A stretch of 64,000 nt of DNA from Candidatus Latescibacterota bacterium (GTDB lineage Bacteria; Latescibacterota; UBA2968; UBA8231). Location of the stretch: NCBI GenBank assembly GCA_965206595.1, contig OZ242214.1:2016001-2080000 (forward strand), given 5' to 3'. The position numbers and the translations under genes were made by a program. Positions 50,608 to 60,527 of this stretch are shown piece by piece; the stretch's first letter is position 1; each line of letters opens with the position of its first letter. The notes beneath the pieces are model-generated. The model saw only the letters and a program-made list of their open reading frames with translations. It had not been told where the DNA came from and did not search any database.

Positions 50608-51382
50608 CGGGGCTTCGGCGGTCACGCGCTTCCGGGTCGGACCTCAGCAGGTGTACGGTCCCCGCGATTCCTGCGACCAGCAGCGCCAAGCTGATCAGCT
50701 GCGCCCCGGTCAAGCCCCAGGCCTCGACCGGATTCAGGCGGATGAACTCCACTGCGAAACGGGCGCCGCCACTGAGCATCAGGTAGAGGAAAAATGTGGC
50801 GCCGGGCACCCGCAGGCGCATCCGCGTCGACCAGAGGAGGGCGAAGATCCCCAATCCCATCAGGGTCTCGTAGACCGGGGCGGGGTGGACTTTCTCGAGG
50901 GTGGGGACGACGCCGTCCGGGTACGCCATCCCCCAGGGCAGATCGGTGGGCACGCCGTAGTCGCCGTCCCCGGCCAGCTGGCAGCCGATTCTGCCGATGG
51001 CGTAGCCGATCGCCAGACCGATGCCGACGGCGTCGGCCACCTCCGGCAAAGGCGCGCCGCGGCGGCGCACCACCCAGATGACCGCGGCCGTCGCCAGAAG
51101 GAAGCCGCCGTGCCAGGTTAGGCCGCTGCCGGAGAACACGGCGCCGAGAGACTCGCTCCAGGTGGCCCCCGGTGGAAGTTCGAAGAGGATGAAGTAGAGC
51201 TTGGCTCCGGCGAGGCCGGCGAGGATACCGGCGGTGAGGATGGAGGAGGCGAGCTCGGGATCTATTCCCTTGCGGCGCAATTCCTTCTGGATGAAGTAAT
51301 GGCCGGTGAGGAAACCGAGAACGACCATGGGACCGAAGGTGGGCAGCTTGAAGCCGCCGATTTCCAGCCAGTAGGGGTACAT
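50600..51382 (-). CDS. lgt: Prolipoprotein diacylglyceryl transferase
   Basis: [46 protein letters not shown]; multi-TM. Confidence 0.9.
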   Translation of the reverse strand: MYPYWLEIGGFKLPTFGPMVVLGFLTGHYFIQKELRRKGIDPELASSILTAGILAGLAGAKLYFILFELPPGATWSESLGAVFSGSGLTWHGGFLLATAAVIWVVRRRGAPLPEVADAVGIGLAIGYAIGRIGCQLAGDGDYGVPTDLPWGMAYPDGVVPTLEKVHPAPVYETLMGLGIFALLWSTRMRLRVPGATFFLYLMLSGGARFAVEFIRLNPVEAWGLTGAQLISLALLVAGIAGTVHLLRSDPEARDRRSPDG

Positions 51383-54300
51383 CAGCCCGTCGCCCCGGCG
51401 GCGCTGCCGCCGCCTTCATCCGCTTTCCCGGCGAGACGCGCGATCTCCCGCCGCACCTGCGCGGTGACCTCCCTGTAGACCTCGTAGTTCCCCAGGCGCT
51501 GGCGGCGGGCGGCGTACGGGGCCATCTCCACGGGGGGGCCGAAGTTAAGCCGCACCGGGTTGCGGCGGGGAAAGCGGCCGTGTTTCGGCAGCGCTTCCCG
51601 GGTACCGAGGACGTGCACCGGCACGATCGGCAGGTCGAGCTCCACCGCCAGCAGCCCCACCCCGGTCCTGAACGCCTGCAGCCGGCCGGCCGGCGACCGC
51701 GTTCCCTCCGGAAAGACCAGCAGCGGCCTGCGCACCCCGATCAGGCCGCGCAGGGCCAGCAGGCTTTCGAGAAACTCCTCCTGCCGGTCGAAGGGGACGG
51801 CGTCGAGCATGGTGCGCAGGAACCAGCTGAGCAGCGGCGACCTGGAGAAGTAGTCCCTTGCCGCGGCGAGGCTGAGGCGGTCGACGTGAGGCCTGACCGC
51901 CAGCAGTATGGAGGGGGCGTCGAGATGGCTCGAGTGATTGGCGGCGATCACGTAGGGCCGGTCGGCTGGAAGGTGCTCCAGTCCCCTGGCCTTCAGCGAA
52001 AAATAGAGGCGGAACAATCCCCCACCGGCGCTCCAGAATGCTTCCCGCAGGGCCCCGGGACCGCCATCTGCCGGGCGCCTGTGTTCCCTGTTCCCGTCTT
52101 CTCCCCGCAGCGCCCGGGTCCAGTACCCGCCATCGTCCGCCTGGGAAACGATCCCCTTTCCGGCTGCCGAAAACTGAGGCTCCAGTTTATCCATCAGGCT
52201 TCTCAGGGTCGGGCTGCGGTGGATCTGCCGGGGAAGCGAACGACCGAGCGTCTCCTCGACGACCGCGGCGAACTCGACCGACATCAACGAGTCGAGCAGG
52301 CTGTCGAGGGGGGCGTCGCCGTGGGCGAGCACCTCGGCCGGCGTCAGTCCAGTTATCCTGCTCAGCAGGTCGTAGACCGATCTCTCCCACGGCGCCAGGC
52401 TTTCGTCGACCTCGACCTCGGCGCCATGCAGCTGATGCTGCAGCTCCTCCAGCACCTGAGTCCGGTCGACCTCACCGGCGTGGTTGCGCGGCAGCGGCCG
52501 GCTGCGCACGTGCAGGCGCTGAATGCGCTGGTAGGTCGGCAGGTGGCGGGAAATCCCGTACGCCGCCTCCCTCACCCTCGAGGCCTCGGCCTCGCCGCCC
52601 CCTTCCTTCAGGACCGCCACCCCGTGAGCTTCCTCGCCCAGGGTGCGCGGGGACCTCACCCCGACGACGCTCAGCTCCGCCACCTCGGGCAGGCCGCGGT
52701 ACAGCCCTTCCACTTCATCGGGATAGACGTTTTTCCCCGCCCCGGTGACGATCAGGTCCTTGCTGCGGCCGGTGATGAACAGGTACCCGTCGTCGTCGAC
52801 GTAGCCGATGTCCCCGCTGTGCAACCAGCCGTCCTTGAGGACCTCGGCCGTCAGTTCGGGACTGTCGAGATACCCGGGCGTGACGTTGGGACCGCGCACG
52901 AGGATCTCGCCGCAGCCGCGGGAGTCCGGCTCGTCGATGCGCAGCTCGACCCCGGGCAGCGGGATTCCGACCGACCCCGGCCTGGCTTTTGCCGGCGGGT
53001 TGACGGTGACGATGGGGGACGTCTCCGTGAGGCCGTACCCTTCGTACACGGTAACGCCCTTGCGCCGGTAGCTCTCGAAGATTCCCGGGGCCAGGGGCGC
53101 GCCGCCGCTGACGACGAGCTTGAGCCTGGAAATCAGGGCGGCGCTGTCGCGATTCAGGGCGTTGCGCTCCTCCTCGCCGTGGCGGCCGAGACGTTCGATG
53201 CGATCGGCGAGGATTTTCAGCAGCCGCGGCACCGCGAGCAGGGCTGTCGTACCGGTTTCACGCATTGCATCGAGGATGACCCGGCTGTTGAGGGTCTCGA
53301 GGTAGGTGATCGTCGCCCCGCTCAGCAGGGACATCAGCAGCGAGCCTGTGAACTCCAGGCCGTGGTGAAGAGGTAGCAGGGAGAGGACGCGATCCCCCCT
53401 GTCGAGGCGCTGCACCTCGGCCAGGGCGAGCAGGTCGGAGAGGAAATTGCGGTGCGTCAGCACCACTCCCCTCGGTTCGATCGCGGTGCCGGCCGTGAAG
53501 ATGATCGACGCCTCCATCTCCGGGGTGACGCCGGACGGTTTCCGGTTCCCCTGCGGCTCCGCTCCGGAGCTCTCCGACGGGAACGGCCTGCCTTCGTTTT
53601 CGAGGTCGAAGACAGGCAGCGGCCAGCCGGCCAACCCCGACCCCGTTTCGGGGTTCAAAGTCTCGAAGCAGGCGGGCGAGGCGATCAGGGCCCGGGCCCG
53701 GGTGAACGCCGCCAGCTTCCACACCTCCTCCCCACGGGTCTGGGGATCGACCGGAACCACCGTCAGACCGCCGATCGACGCCGCCATGTAGGCGATCACC
53801 CACTCCGGACTGTTTCCCGCGTACAGCAGCACGCGGTCCCCCGACTCGAGCCCCCAGCGCTGCCACAAGTCCGCCTGGGCTTCGGCCCGCGCCAACAGCT
53901 CCCCGTAGGCAACCGTGACCCAGGACTCCCCGCGCTTCATCTGCAGGGCCGTTCTCTCCTCGTAGCGGGCGCACGACCAGCGCAGCAGATCGGGAATCGT
54001 CTGCAGCTCCTCTTCCTGCTGCCAGCGCTCCTCTTCCGAGCCGACCTCGGCGGGGGCCTCGCGGAAGATCTCCTTTTCCCCGTCCCCCAGGACGTGCCGC
54101 CTCAGTCCGGGCAGATGGACGTCGCAGATGTAGCGCTCCCAATCGATGCGCTCGACGTCCATGTTGAAATCCTGCCGCTCCCCTTCCGGCAGAAGCGCGT
54201 AGAGCGCGCGGGCGCGATCGGTGGCAAAGCTGCAGTTCAGGTGGGTGTACGGATGGTAGATGTCGGCGTAGTAAAGGACCCTCTGCAGCCGGATCTTCAT

Positions 54301-55680
54301 CGTCGACAGGAGCCGGCGTTTCTGCGGGGAAGCCCAGCGCCATCCCGAAGGCAGGCGCTTGAGCCACCAGGAATGCAGCGCCAGGGGCAGGGAGTACTTG
54401 AGCCGGAACTTCATCCGGAAGCGGCGCACGCCGGGGTAGGTCCAGCTCGCCAGGTGCGGAGCGCGGCCGTCGCGGCCGAGAAGCGGGTTGGCGCTGAAGT
54501 AGGTCACCAGGCTGTCGTAGAGCTGGGAAATCCGCACCGGGTTCCGGCTCGCCGTGGCCGCGTGGTAGACCTGCACCTCCCCGGGGGAGGCCTGGGTCGC
54601 CGCCGCCAGGGTGGTGTTGACGACGACGTCGACCGGGACGATGTCGAGGGCGAGATCGGGCCGCGCCGGGAAATCGGGCAACATTCCCTTGCCGTACGCC
54701 GCCACCAGGGGATCCATCACCTTCAGACCGGTGATCCACCCCGGCTCGGGATCCTCGAGGGAGCTTTCGATGATGCTCGGCCGCACGATGACGAGCGCCT
54801 GGCCCTCGCGGTTCCCGACCAGCAGCTGCTCCCCCATCGCCTTGGTGAAGGTGTAGACGTCGTTCCAGCCGTGCTCCCTGGCGCGCCGCATCCCCTCGTC
54901 GACGAGGCGGCGCTCGATCCAGTGCCTGCTGCGGTCCTCGGTGAGCTTCTCGAGCCGGCTCTTCGACAGCGGCCGGGTGCGGTGCTGCCGCAGGATGGCG
55001 CGCTCGAACCCGCGGCGGAGCGCCTCTCCCCGGCCCTCCTCGTACACCCCCCGGCAGAACTCCTCGCAGTCGGCGATCTCGCGCTCGGGATCGAACGGCG
55101 CCGACCCGGCACCCGGATTCGCCATCTGGCTGATGTCCCGGTCCAAGGGCAGGGGCTCCTCCGGAACCAGGCCGGTCAGGCGCCCGTTGACGTAGGCGGT
55201 TGAGACGTGGACGAAGTCGACCGGTTTGCGGCAGCCTGCGGCGAACTTCAGGAGGGCGAGCGGGCCGTGGGTGTTGAGGCGGATCGAGTCGTCGAGGGGC
55301 TCGTCGAAGACCACGGTCGCCGCGCTGTTGAAGATGGTGTCGATCTCTTCGCGCAGGCGGTCGAGAATCCCCGGTTCGACCCCGAAGTCCGGCTTGCCCG
55401 TGTCCCATGGGACGGCGGCGACCTTGGCGGCCTGGCGCGCGAAACCTTCTGGGTCTCCGTCGCGGTGGCGGCGGAAGACCGCGTCCTCCGCCAGCATCCG
55501 CTCCACCCGCTCTTCCGCGGAAAGGGTCTTGCCGTTGCGGCCGCGGCCCGGGCGGGCGAAGGCGTAAATCCGCTCCACCTGCGGCAGGTCGCGAAGGATT
55601 TTCGCGATCAAAGCCTGGCCCAGGAAACCGGTGCCGCCGGTGATCAGCAGACTGCGGCCGGCGTAATATTTGCGGATCAT
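51382..55680 (-). CDS. Multidomain fatty acyl reductase / AMP-binding / ACP / acyltransferase (ElbD-like)
   Basis: FAR: TGGTGFLG, HVSTAYV, YTFTK, RPSIIES, DIVPVD. AMP-binding: GYGLTETSP, GWLHSGDIG, GRSKDLIV. ACP: LDSL. PlsC: NHSSHLD, FPEGTRS. Confidence 0.9.
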   Translation of the reverse strand: MIRKYYAGRSLLITGGTGFLGQALIAKILRDLPQVERIYAFARPGRGRNGKTLSAEERVERMLAEDAVFRRHRDGDPEGFARQAAKVAAVPWDTGKPDFGVEPGILDRLREEIDTIFNSAATVVFDEPLDDSIRLNTHGPLALLKFAAGCRKPVDFVHVSTAYVNGRLTGLVPEEPLPLDRDISQMANPGAGSAPFDPEREIADCEEFCRGVYEEGRGEALRRGFERAILRQHRTRPLSKSRLEKLTEDRSRHWIERRLVDEGMRRAREHGWNDVYTFTKAMGEQLLVGNREGQALVIVRPSIIESSLEDPEPGWITGLKVMDPLVAAYGKGMLPDFPARPDLALDIVPVDVVVNTTLAAATQASPGEVQVYHAATASRNPVRISQLYDSLVTYFSANPLLGRDGRAPHLASWTYPGVRRFRMKFRLKYSLPLALHSWWLKRLPSGWRWASPQKRRLLSTMKIRLQRVLYYADIYHPYTHLNCSFATDRARALYALLPEGERQDFNMDVERIDWERYICDVHLPGLRRHVLGDGEKEIFREAPAEVGSEEERWQQEEELQTIPDLLRWSCARYEERTALQMKRGESWVTVAYGELLARAEAQADLWQRWGLESGDRVLLYAGNSPEWVIAYMAASIGGLTVVPVDPQTRGEEVWKLAAFTRARALIASPACFETLNPETGSGLAGWPLPVFDLENEGRPFPSESSGAEPQGNRKPSGVTPEMEASIIFTAGTAIEPRGVVLTHRNFLSDLLALAEVQRLDRGDRVLSLLPLHHGLEFTGSLLMSLLSGATITYLETLNSRVILDAMRETGTTALLAVPRLLKILADRIERLGRHGEEERNALNRDSAALISRLKLVVSGGAPLAPGIFESYRRKGVTVYEGYGLTETSPIVTVNPPAKARPGSVGIPLPGVELRIDEPDSRGCGEILVRGPNVTPGYLDSPELTAEVLKDGWLHSGDIGYVDDDGYLFITGRSKDLIVTGAGKNVYPDEVEGLYRGLPEVAELSVVGVRSPRTLGEEAHGVAVLKEGGGEAEASRVREAAYGISRHLPTYQRIQRLHVRSRPLPRNHAGEVDRTQVLEELQHQLHGAEVEVDESLAPWERSVYDLLSRITGLTPAEVLAHGDAPLDSLLDSLMSVEFAAVVEETLGRSLPRQIHRSPTLRSLMDKLEPQFSAAGKGIVSQADDGGYWTRALRGEDGNREHRRPADGGPGALREAFWSAGGGLFRLYFSLKARGLEHLPADRPYVIAANHSSHLDAPSILLAVRPHVDRLSLAAARDYFSRSPLLSWFLRTMLDAVPFDRQEEFLESLLALRGLIGVRRPLLVFPEGTRSPAGRLQAFRTGVGLLAVELDLPIVPVHVLGTREALPKHGRFPRRNPVRLNFGPPVEMAPYAARRQRLGNYEVYREVTAQVRREIARLAGKADEGGGSAAGATG

Positions 55681-55799
55681 CTCGTGACCTGTCCCGTCAT
55701 CTCGCGGCACTGCCGGCGCTCGCCCATCCCACTCGGGGGCCTTGCGAGGCGGGGGCCTCGGCCGCGCAATCCTGGCAATCCATTTCCGGAACGGAACAC

Positions 55800-56039
55800 T
55801 TATTGTTGATCAGAGTCGGAGGGGTCGGCGGCGCGGGGACCTTGAGTCGAGAGGTCCGATCCGTTGCCTTCCTGTTCTGTCCGTTGGCGGTCGGAGCCCT
55901 GCGGGGGCTCGAGCCCCTGCCCGGTTATGTACGGGTGCCGGAAATGCTTTCTCAGCGCCTCCAGGAGCGGCTTGTCCAGCCGGTCCGGGGCGCCGTCGCC
56001 GCTGCCGGTTCCGTCTTCGGGACGCCTCGCCATTGCCAT
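55800..56039 (-). CDS. Small hypothetical protein upstream of the ElbD-like gene
   Basis: 79 aa, GGAAGGA RBS, ordered core LDKPLLEALRKHFRHPYITG flanked by disordered tails. Confidence 0.45.
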   Translation of the reverse strand: MAMARRPEDGTGSGDGAPDRLDKPLLEALRKHFRHPYITGQGLEPPQGSDRQRTEQEGNGSDLSTQGPRAADPSDSDQQ

Positions 56040-56133
56040 TCCTTCCGGGAAAACTCACTGAAGATACGGCGCCCCGTGGTGTCAGCAATTTGAACGGCGG
56101 CAGCACCGCCGCGGCAGGGGAGCCCGCACAGGA

Positions 56134-57057
56134 ATGGAAAAGAATCAGACCGCCACGGGACGCTGGGCCATCATCGCCAATCCGGCCGCGGCCCGGGGCC
56201 GCGCCCCGCTCCTTGCGGCCGCGGCTTCGCGCTACCTGGGCGAACGCGGGATCGCCGCGGACCTGTTGGTTTCGGAGGGCCGCGGCCACGCCTGCGAGCT
56301 CGCCCGCAAAGCGATCGCCGAAGGAGTCGGCCGCATCGTGACGTGCGGAGGGGACGGCACCGTCAACGAGATCCTGCCCGCGGTCGCCGGCTCGCAGGCC
56401 GCTCTCGGACTGCTGCCTTGCGGAACCGCCAACGACTTCGCGCGCGCCCTCGGGATACCTCGGCAACCGCGTCGGGCGCTGCGCAACCTGGTCGAGGGAC
56501 GCGAGGGCCGCGTCGACCTCGGGGCCTGCGGCGACCGCTACTTCTGCACCGTCGCCGCCTGCGGGTTCGACGCCGAGGTCAGCGAGGCGATGCGCGAGGG
56601 CCGCCGCCTGCCGGGAACGGCAGGGTACCTCTGGGCGGCGCTCCGCCACCTGTTCCGCTTCGAGCCGGCGAAGGTGGCGGCGACGGGGGATTTCGGCCGA
56701 CTGGAGACCGAGGTGCTGCTGGTCGCCGCGGCGGTAACGCGAAGCTACGGCGGCGGAATGCGGATCGCTCCGCACGCCGATCCCGCGGACGGGAGGTTCG
56801 ACGTCGTCATCATCGGCCCGGTCGCCAGGAGAACGGTGGTGGCGATGCTCCCCCGCCTGTTCCGGGGCAGCCACGTCCGGCATCCCGCGGTGCGCATCGA
56901 GCGTTCCTCGTTCCTCGAGATCGAGACACCGGGCGGCGCCCGGCCGCTGTACGCCGACGGCGAGCCCCTGGGAGAGACGCCGGTTTCCCTGCGCATCGCC
57001 CCGGGATCGCTTCGCGTCATTGTTCCGCGGCCCCCGGCCCTCGGGATGCCGCCGTGA
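56134..57057 (+). CDS. Diacylglycerol/lipid kinase (YegS/DgkB family)
   Basis: NPAA, GGDGTVNE, LPCGTANDFAR, GFDA, YGGG, ADGE. Confidence 0.92.
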   Translation: MEKNQTATGRWAIIANPAAARGRAPLLAAAASRYLGERGIAADLLVSEGRGHACELARKAIAEGVGRIVTCGGDGTVNEILPAVAGSQAALGLLPCGTANDFARALGIPRQPRRALRNLVEGREGRVDLGACGDRYFCTVAACGFDAEVSEAMREGRRLPGTAGYLWAALRHLFRFEPAKVAATGDFGRLETEVLLVAAAVTRSYGGGMRIAPHADPADGRFDVVIIGPVARRTVVAMLPRLFRGSHVRHPAVRIERSSFLEIETPGGARPLYADGEPLGETPVSLRIAPGSLRVIVPRPPALGMPP

Positions 57058-57209
57058 CCGCAGCGCGCCGCCGGACATTGGCGATCCAAAAAGGGAGGCG
57101 GCGAGTCTCTCCTTGCCCGCATCCGCTATTTTCGCCAAATTACAAGACCCCACAGCAGCGCTCTGCACCCCCCACCCGTCCCATCCCCCCTTTTGAGCCG
57201 TGACGCCCC

Positions 57210-58181
57210 ATGGCATCCCGGGCCCAGAAAATCCGTCTGGCCGTCTTCCTGCTTTCCGCCGCCGGCGTGCTCCTGCTGTTCCTGTTCTACATGGCCGGAC
57301 GCAGCGTCCTCACGCCGCGCCAGACCTACTTCATCGATTTCCCCGACTCGATCGGGGGACTTCGGCGCGGGGACAAGGTCAAGTACCTCGGGATCGAAGC
57401 AGGACGCGTCGAGAACACGTCGATCTCCCCTGACGATCACTCGGTTATCGTCGTCGAGATCTCCGTCGAGGGGGACAAGGTCCCCAACGTCATCCGCGAA
57501 GACACCCGGGCGCGGCTGCAAAGCGTCGGTCTCACCGGGTTGAAGCACATCGAGCTCGTCTCCGGATCGCCGGACTCCCCGGTGCTGCCTCCCGATTCCC
57601 GCATAGCCTCGAGTCCGACCTTCCTTTCCCAAATGGACGAGCGCGCCCAGAGGTTGACCGACAAGATGGAGCTTCTGCTCGAGAACCTCACGGAGATGAC
57701 CGACCGGGAGAACAGCATTCAGCTCAACCGCATGCTCGCCGCCGGCAGCGAGTTCACCTCCAGCGCCAACGACCTGATGAGCGACAACCGCCGGGAGATC
57801 GACGAAAGCATCCGCAACCTCGCCGCCATGACAAAGTCGCTCGCCGGGGCCGCGGCCACCCTGCACGCCACCATGGACTCGATGAACGCCCTGGTCACCG
57901 ACGGCGAACTGCGCGGCACCCTCACCGACCTGCGCCGCACCAGCCGTTCCCTGCAGCTTCAGATGGAGGGGCCGGTTCCGCAGCTGCTGGCGAACCTGTC
58001 GCACATGGCCGGCAATATCGACACCACCTTCATGCGCCTCGACCGCACCGTGATGCAGGGGCGCCGGAACTTCCTCGACGCGATCCAGGACCTCCAGGAA
58101 ACCATGCTCAACGTCCGCCAGGCGACGGAGCTGATCCGGGAGAACCCCTCGATCCTGATTCGCGGCCGCGCCGACCGCTAG
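57210..58181 (+). CDS. MCE/MlaD-family protein with long helical C-terminus
   Basis: N-terminal TM, GLRRGDKVKYLGIEAGRV, GLTGLKHIEL, helical tail ending NPSILIRG. Confidence 0.9.
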   Translation: MASRAQKIRLAVFLLSAAGVLLLFLFYMAGRSVLTPRQTYFIDFPDSIGGLRRGDKVKYLGIEAGRVENTSISPDDHSVIVVEISVEGDKVPNVIREDTRARLQSVGLTGLKHIELVSGSPDSPVLPPDSRIASSPTFLSQMDERAQRLTDKMELLLENLTEMTDRENSIQLNRMLAAGSEFTSSANDLMSDNRREIDESIRNLAAMTKSLAGAAATLHATMDSMNALVTDGELRGTLTDLRRTSRSLQLQMEGPVPQLLANLSHMAGNIDTTFMRLDRTVMQGRRNFLDAIQDLQETMLNVRQATELIRENPSILIRGRADR

Positions 58182-58185
58182 CTCC

Positions 58186-58983
58186 GTGCCGATGCCTGTG
58201 TCCATCCCCGGTTGCTCCCGGTACCTGTGGGCGGCGGCGATCGCCTTGGCCGCCGCCTTCCCCTCCTGCACGAGCCTGATCGGCGGCAAGGCGGAGATCC
58301 GCGAGAACCGCAAGTTCATCATCGAGTCGGGGCAGCTGTCGCTGAACCTGCCGAACTCGGAGCGGCCCTACGCCCTGCACGTCGAGGTCGGCAAGTTCGA
58401 CATCTCCAGGCTGTACGACCGCAACCAGATCATCCTCAGGCAGTCCGCCGAGGAGGTCCGCGAGAAGGCCCACCACTCCTGGGCGGTGCGGCCCAGCGAG
58501 ATGATCACCGACGCCGTCGAGGGCTACCTGAAAGAGGCCCGCCTGTTCACCGATATCCGCCAGGACTTCGTCGACGTCATCCCCGACTACCGGATCACCG
58601 GCACCGTCAAGTCGCTGGAACGCCTCGACAGCGGCGACCAGTGGTACGCCAACTTCAGGCTGTCGGTGCAGCTGGTCGACGGCAGGAACGAGGTCGTCAA
58701 GAGATGGGACTTCGACGACGAAGCGGAGCGCGTGTACCACCGGGATTTCGTGCACACGGTGACGGCATTCAACGAACTGCTGAGGCGCTACATGTACCGG
58801 GTGATCCGCGACATGGACCACATGTTCCTCATCCGCAAGCTGCAGCGGGAGAACCGTCCGTACCAGCACATCCTCGACGTGCCGAACGGCCGCGCCTCCG
58901 CCCCCGCCGACACGGCGGTCAGCGACAGCACCCGGGACGCCCCGCATCCCGACTACGATATCATCCCCGGAAAGGGCCTGTAG
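58186..58983 (+). CDS. PqiC/ABC_trans_aux-like lipoprotein
   Basis: Lipobox FPSC; YDRNQI, HSWAVRPSEMI, ITGTVKSLE; follows the MCE gene. Confidence 0.75.
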   Translation: MPMPVSIPGCSRYLWAAAIALAAAFPSCTSLIGGKAEIRENRKFIIESGQLSLNLPNSERPYALHVEVGKFDISRLYDRNQIILRQSAEEVREKAHHSWAVRPSEMITDAVEGYLKEARLFTDIRQDFVDVIPDYRITGTVKSLERLDSGDQWYANFRLSVQLVDGRNEVVKRWDFDDEAERVYHRDFVHTVTAFNELLRRYMYRVIRDMDHMFLIRKLQRENRPYQHILDVPNGRASAPADTAVSDSTRDAPHPDYDIIPGKGL

Positions 58984-58984
58984 C

Positions 58985-60514
58985 ATGCGCTGTTGCCGCT
59001 CCGCCCCCACGGCCCTCTGCCTCGCGTTCCTCGCGGTCCTGTTCGTTGCATTCGCGGCGGCCGACGAGAGCTCCTGGTCGGCGCCTCCCGGGCGCGTGCA
59101 GCTGGCCGAGGATCCGCAGCTGATCCCCAAGGGGAAGGGGATGCTGTTCGTGCCGATGATGAGCGTTCCCCACGGCAACGAGCCCAGCTACCAGATATAC
59201 AGGGAAGAGGGAAAACTCGTCGGTTCCGCCAGTCCCGGCAGCGGCATGCTCCTCCCCCCCGGGAACTACCGGGTGCGCATCGGTTCCGGGGCGATCTCGC
59301 AGAAGATGAAGAAGACGGTGGAAGTGGTGGAAGGGAGCAGCACCCTGCTCAAACCGGACTGGTCGGCCCTGGTGATCGACGTCATCGACCAGACCCGCAC
59401 CCCGGTCAGCGAATCGTACGAGCTCTACCAGGAGGAGACCCAGGAGAACTTCGGCCAGGGGTTCGGAATCGAGGAGGAACGCGGGGAAAAGGTCCGCACC
59501 TGGATCCTGAAGCCGGGGGTCTACCACGTCGTCAAGGTCGGCGAATCGTTCTCGACCATCCGCAAGTTCAGCGTCCGCCTGGAACCGGGGAAGCTGGTGC
59601 AGCGCGACCTCGTCTACAACGCTTCCTCGGGGAACTTCATCGGTTTCTACGCGCGCCCCATGCTGCCTTACGGGACCGCCCGAATCGCCAGGAACGTCAC
59701 CTCGCAGACCGAGCTCAGCGGCTCGACACTGTTCCACACCTCCCAGAACACCGCCGGCGAGGACATGTCGAGCACCTCGCTGTCGCTGCAGGTCTTCAAC
59801 CGGACGCGCTACAGCACCGAGCAGCACTTTGCCAACCTGCGGCTGATCTTCGAGGAGGGGGCCACACAGGAGGGGGACAAGGGCTTTCACAAGTCGATCG
59901 ACAAGCTCGAGCTGCGGGGCACCTACATCTACCGCGTGTCGACCGCCTTCGGCCCCTACATGCGCGGGGTTCTCAACACCAAGCTGTTCTCCGACGACAT
60001 CACGTTCGAACGTCCGTTCGAAGGGGACTTCATCATGTACGGCGCGCGCAACGACACCCTCACCAACCCGGCCGAGGTTACCCTGTCCCCTGCGTTCTTC
60101 CCGCTGCGCCTGCGCCAGGGTATCGGGATCAACTCCCAGCTGGTGCGCTCGTTCGCCCTCAACGCCGACGTCCGCCTCGGCTTCGGAGCGCGGCAGACCT
60201 ACGTCTCGGACTCGTTCGAGCTCTCGAACGAGCGCTCCGCGACCCAACTCCAGAACGCCTTCAGCAGAGGCTTCGAGGCGGTGTTCATCACCGACGCGCG
60301 CCTGGCCAAGTCGATCAGCCTCGACTCGGAATTCGACATCCTGATCCCTGGGGGGAACCGGGACGATTGGGTGTTCAGCTGGCAGAATCGCCTGCGCATC
60401 TTTCTAACGAGCTTCATCAACCTCGACCTGGTGGGGGACCTCGAGCGCGAAGAGACGCTGAAGCGGCTGCAGGGACGGGAGCAGATCCTGCTCAGATTCT
60501 CCCGTTTCTTCTGA
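58985..60514 (+). CDS. Hypothetical secreted protein, predicted outer-membrane beta-barrel
   Basis: Signal peptide, N-terminal beta-sandwich-like repeats (PPGNYRV, KPGVYHV), amphipathic strands, C-terminal ILLRFSRFF. Confidence 0.7.
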   Translation: MRCCRSAPTALCLAFLAVLFVAFAAADESSWSAPPGRVQLAEDPQLIPKGKGMLFVPMMSVPHGNEPSYQIYREEGKLVGSASPGSGMLLPPGNYRVRIGSGAISQKMKKTVEVVEGSSTLLKPDWSALVIDVIDQTRTPVSESYELYQEETQENFGQGFGIEEERGEKVRTWILKPGVYHVVKVGESFSTIRKFSVRLEPGKLVQRDLVYNASSGNFIGFYARPMLPYGTARIARNVTSQTELSGSTLFHTSQNTAGEDMSSTSLSLQVFNRTRYSTEQHFANLRLIFEEGATQEGDKGFHKSIDKLELRGTYIYRVSTAFGPYMRGVLNTKLFSDDITFERPFEGDFIMYGARNDTLTNPAEVTLSPAFFPLRLRQGIGINSQLVRSFALNADVRLGFGARQTYVSDSFELSNERSATQLQNAFSRGFEAVFITDARLAKSISLDSEFDILIPGGNRDDWVFSWQNRLRIFLTSFINLDLVGDLEREETLKRLQGREQILLRFSRFF

Positions 60515-60527
60515 CCGCCCCAGACCG

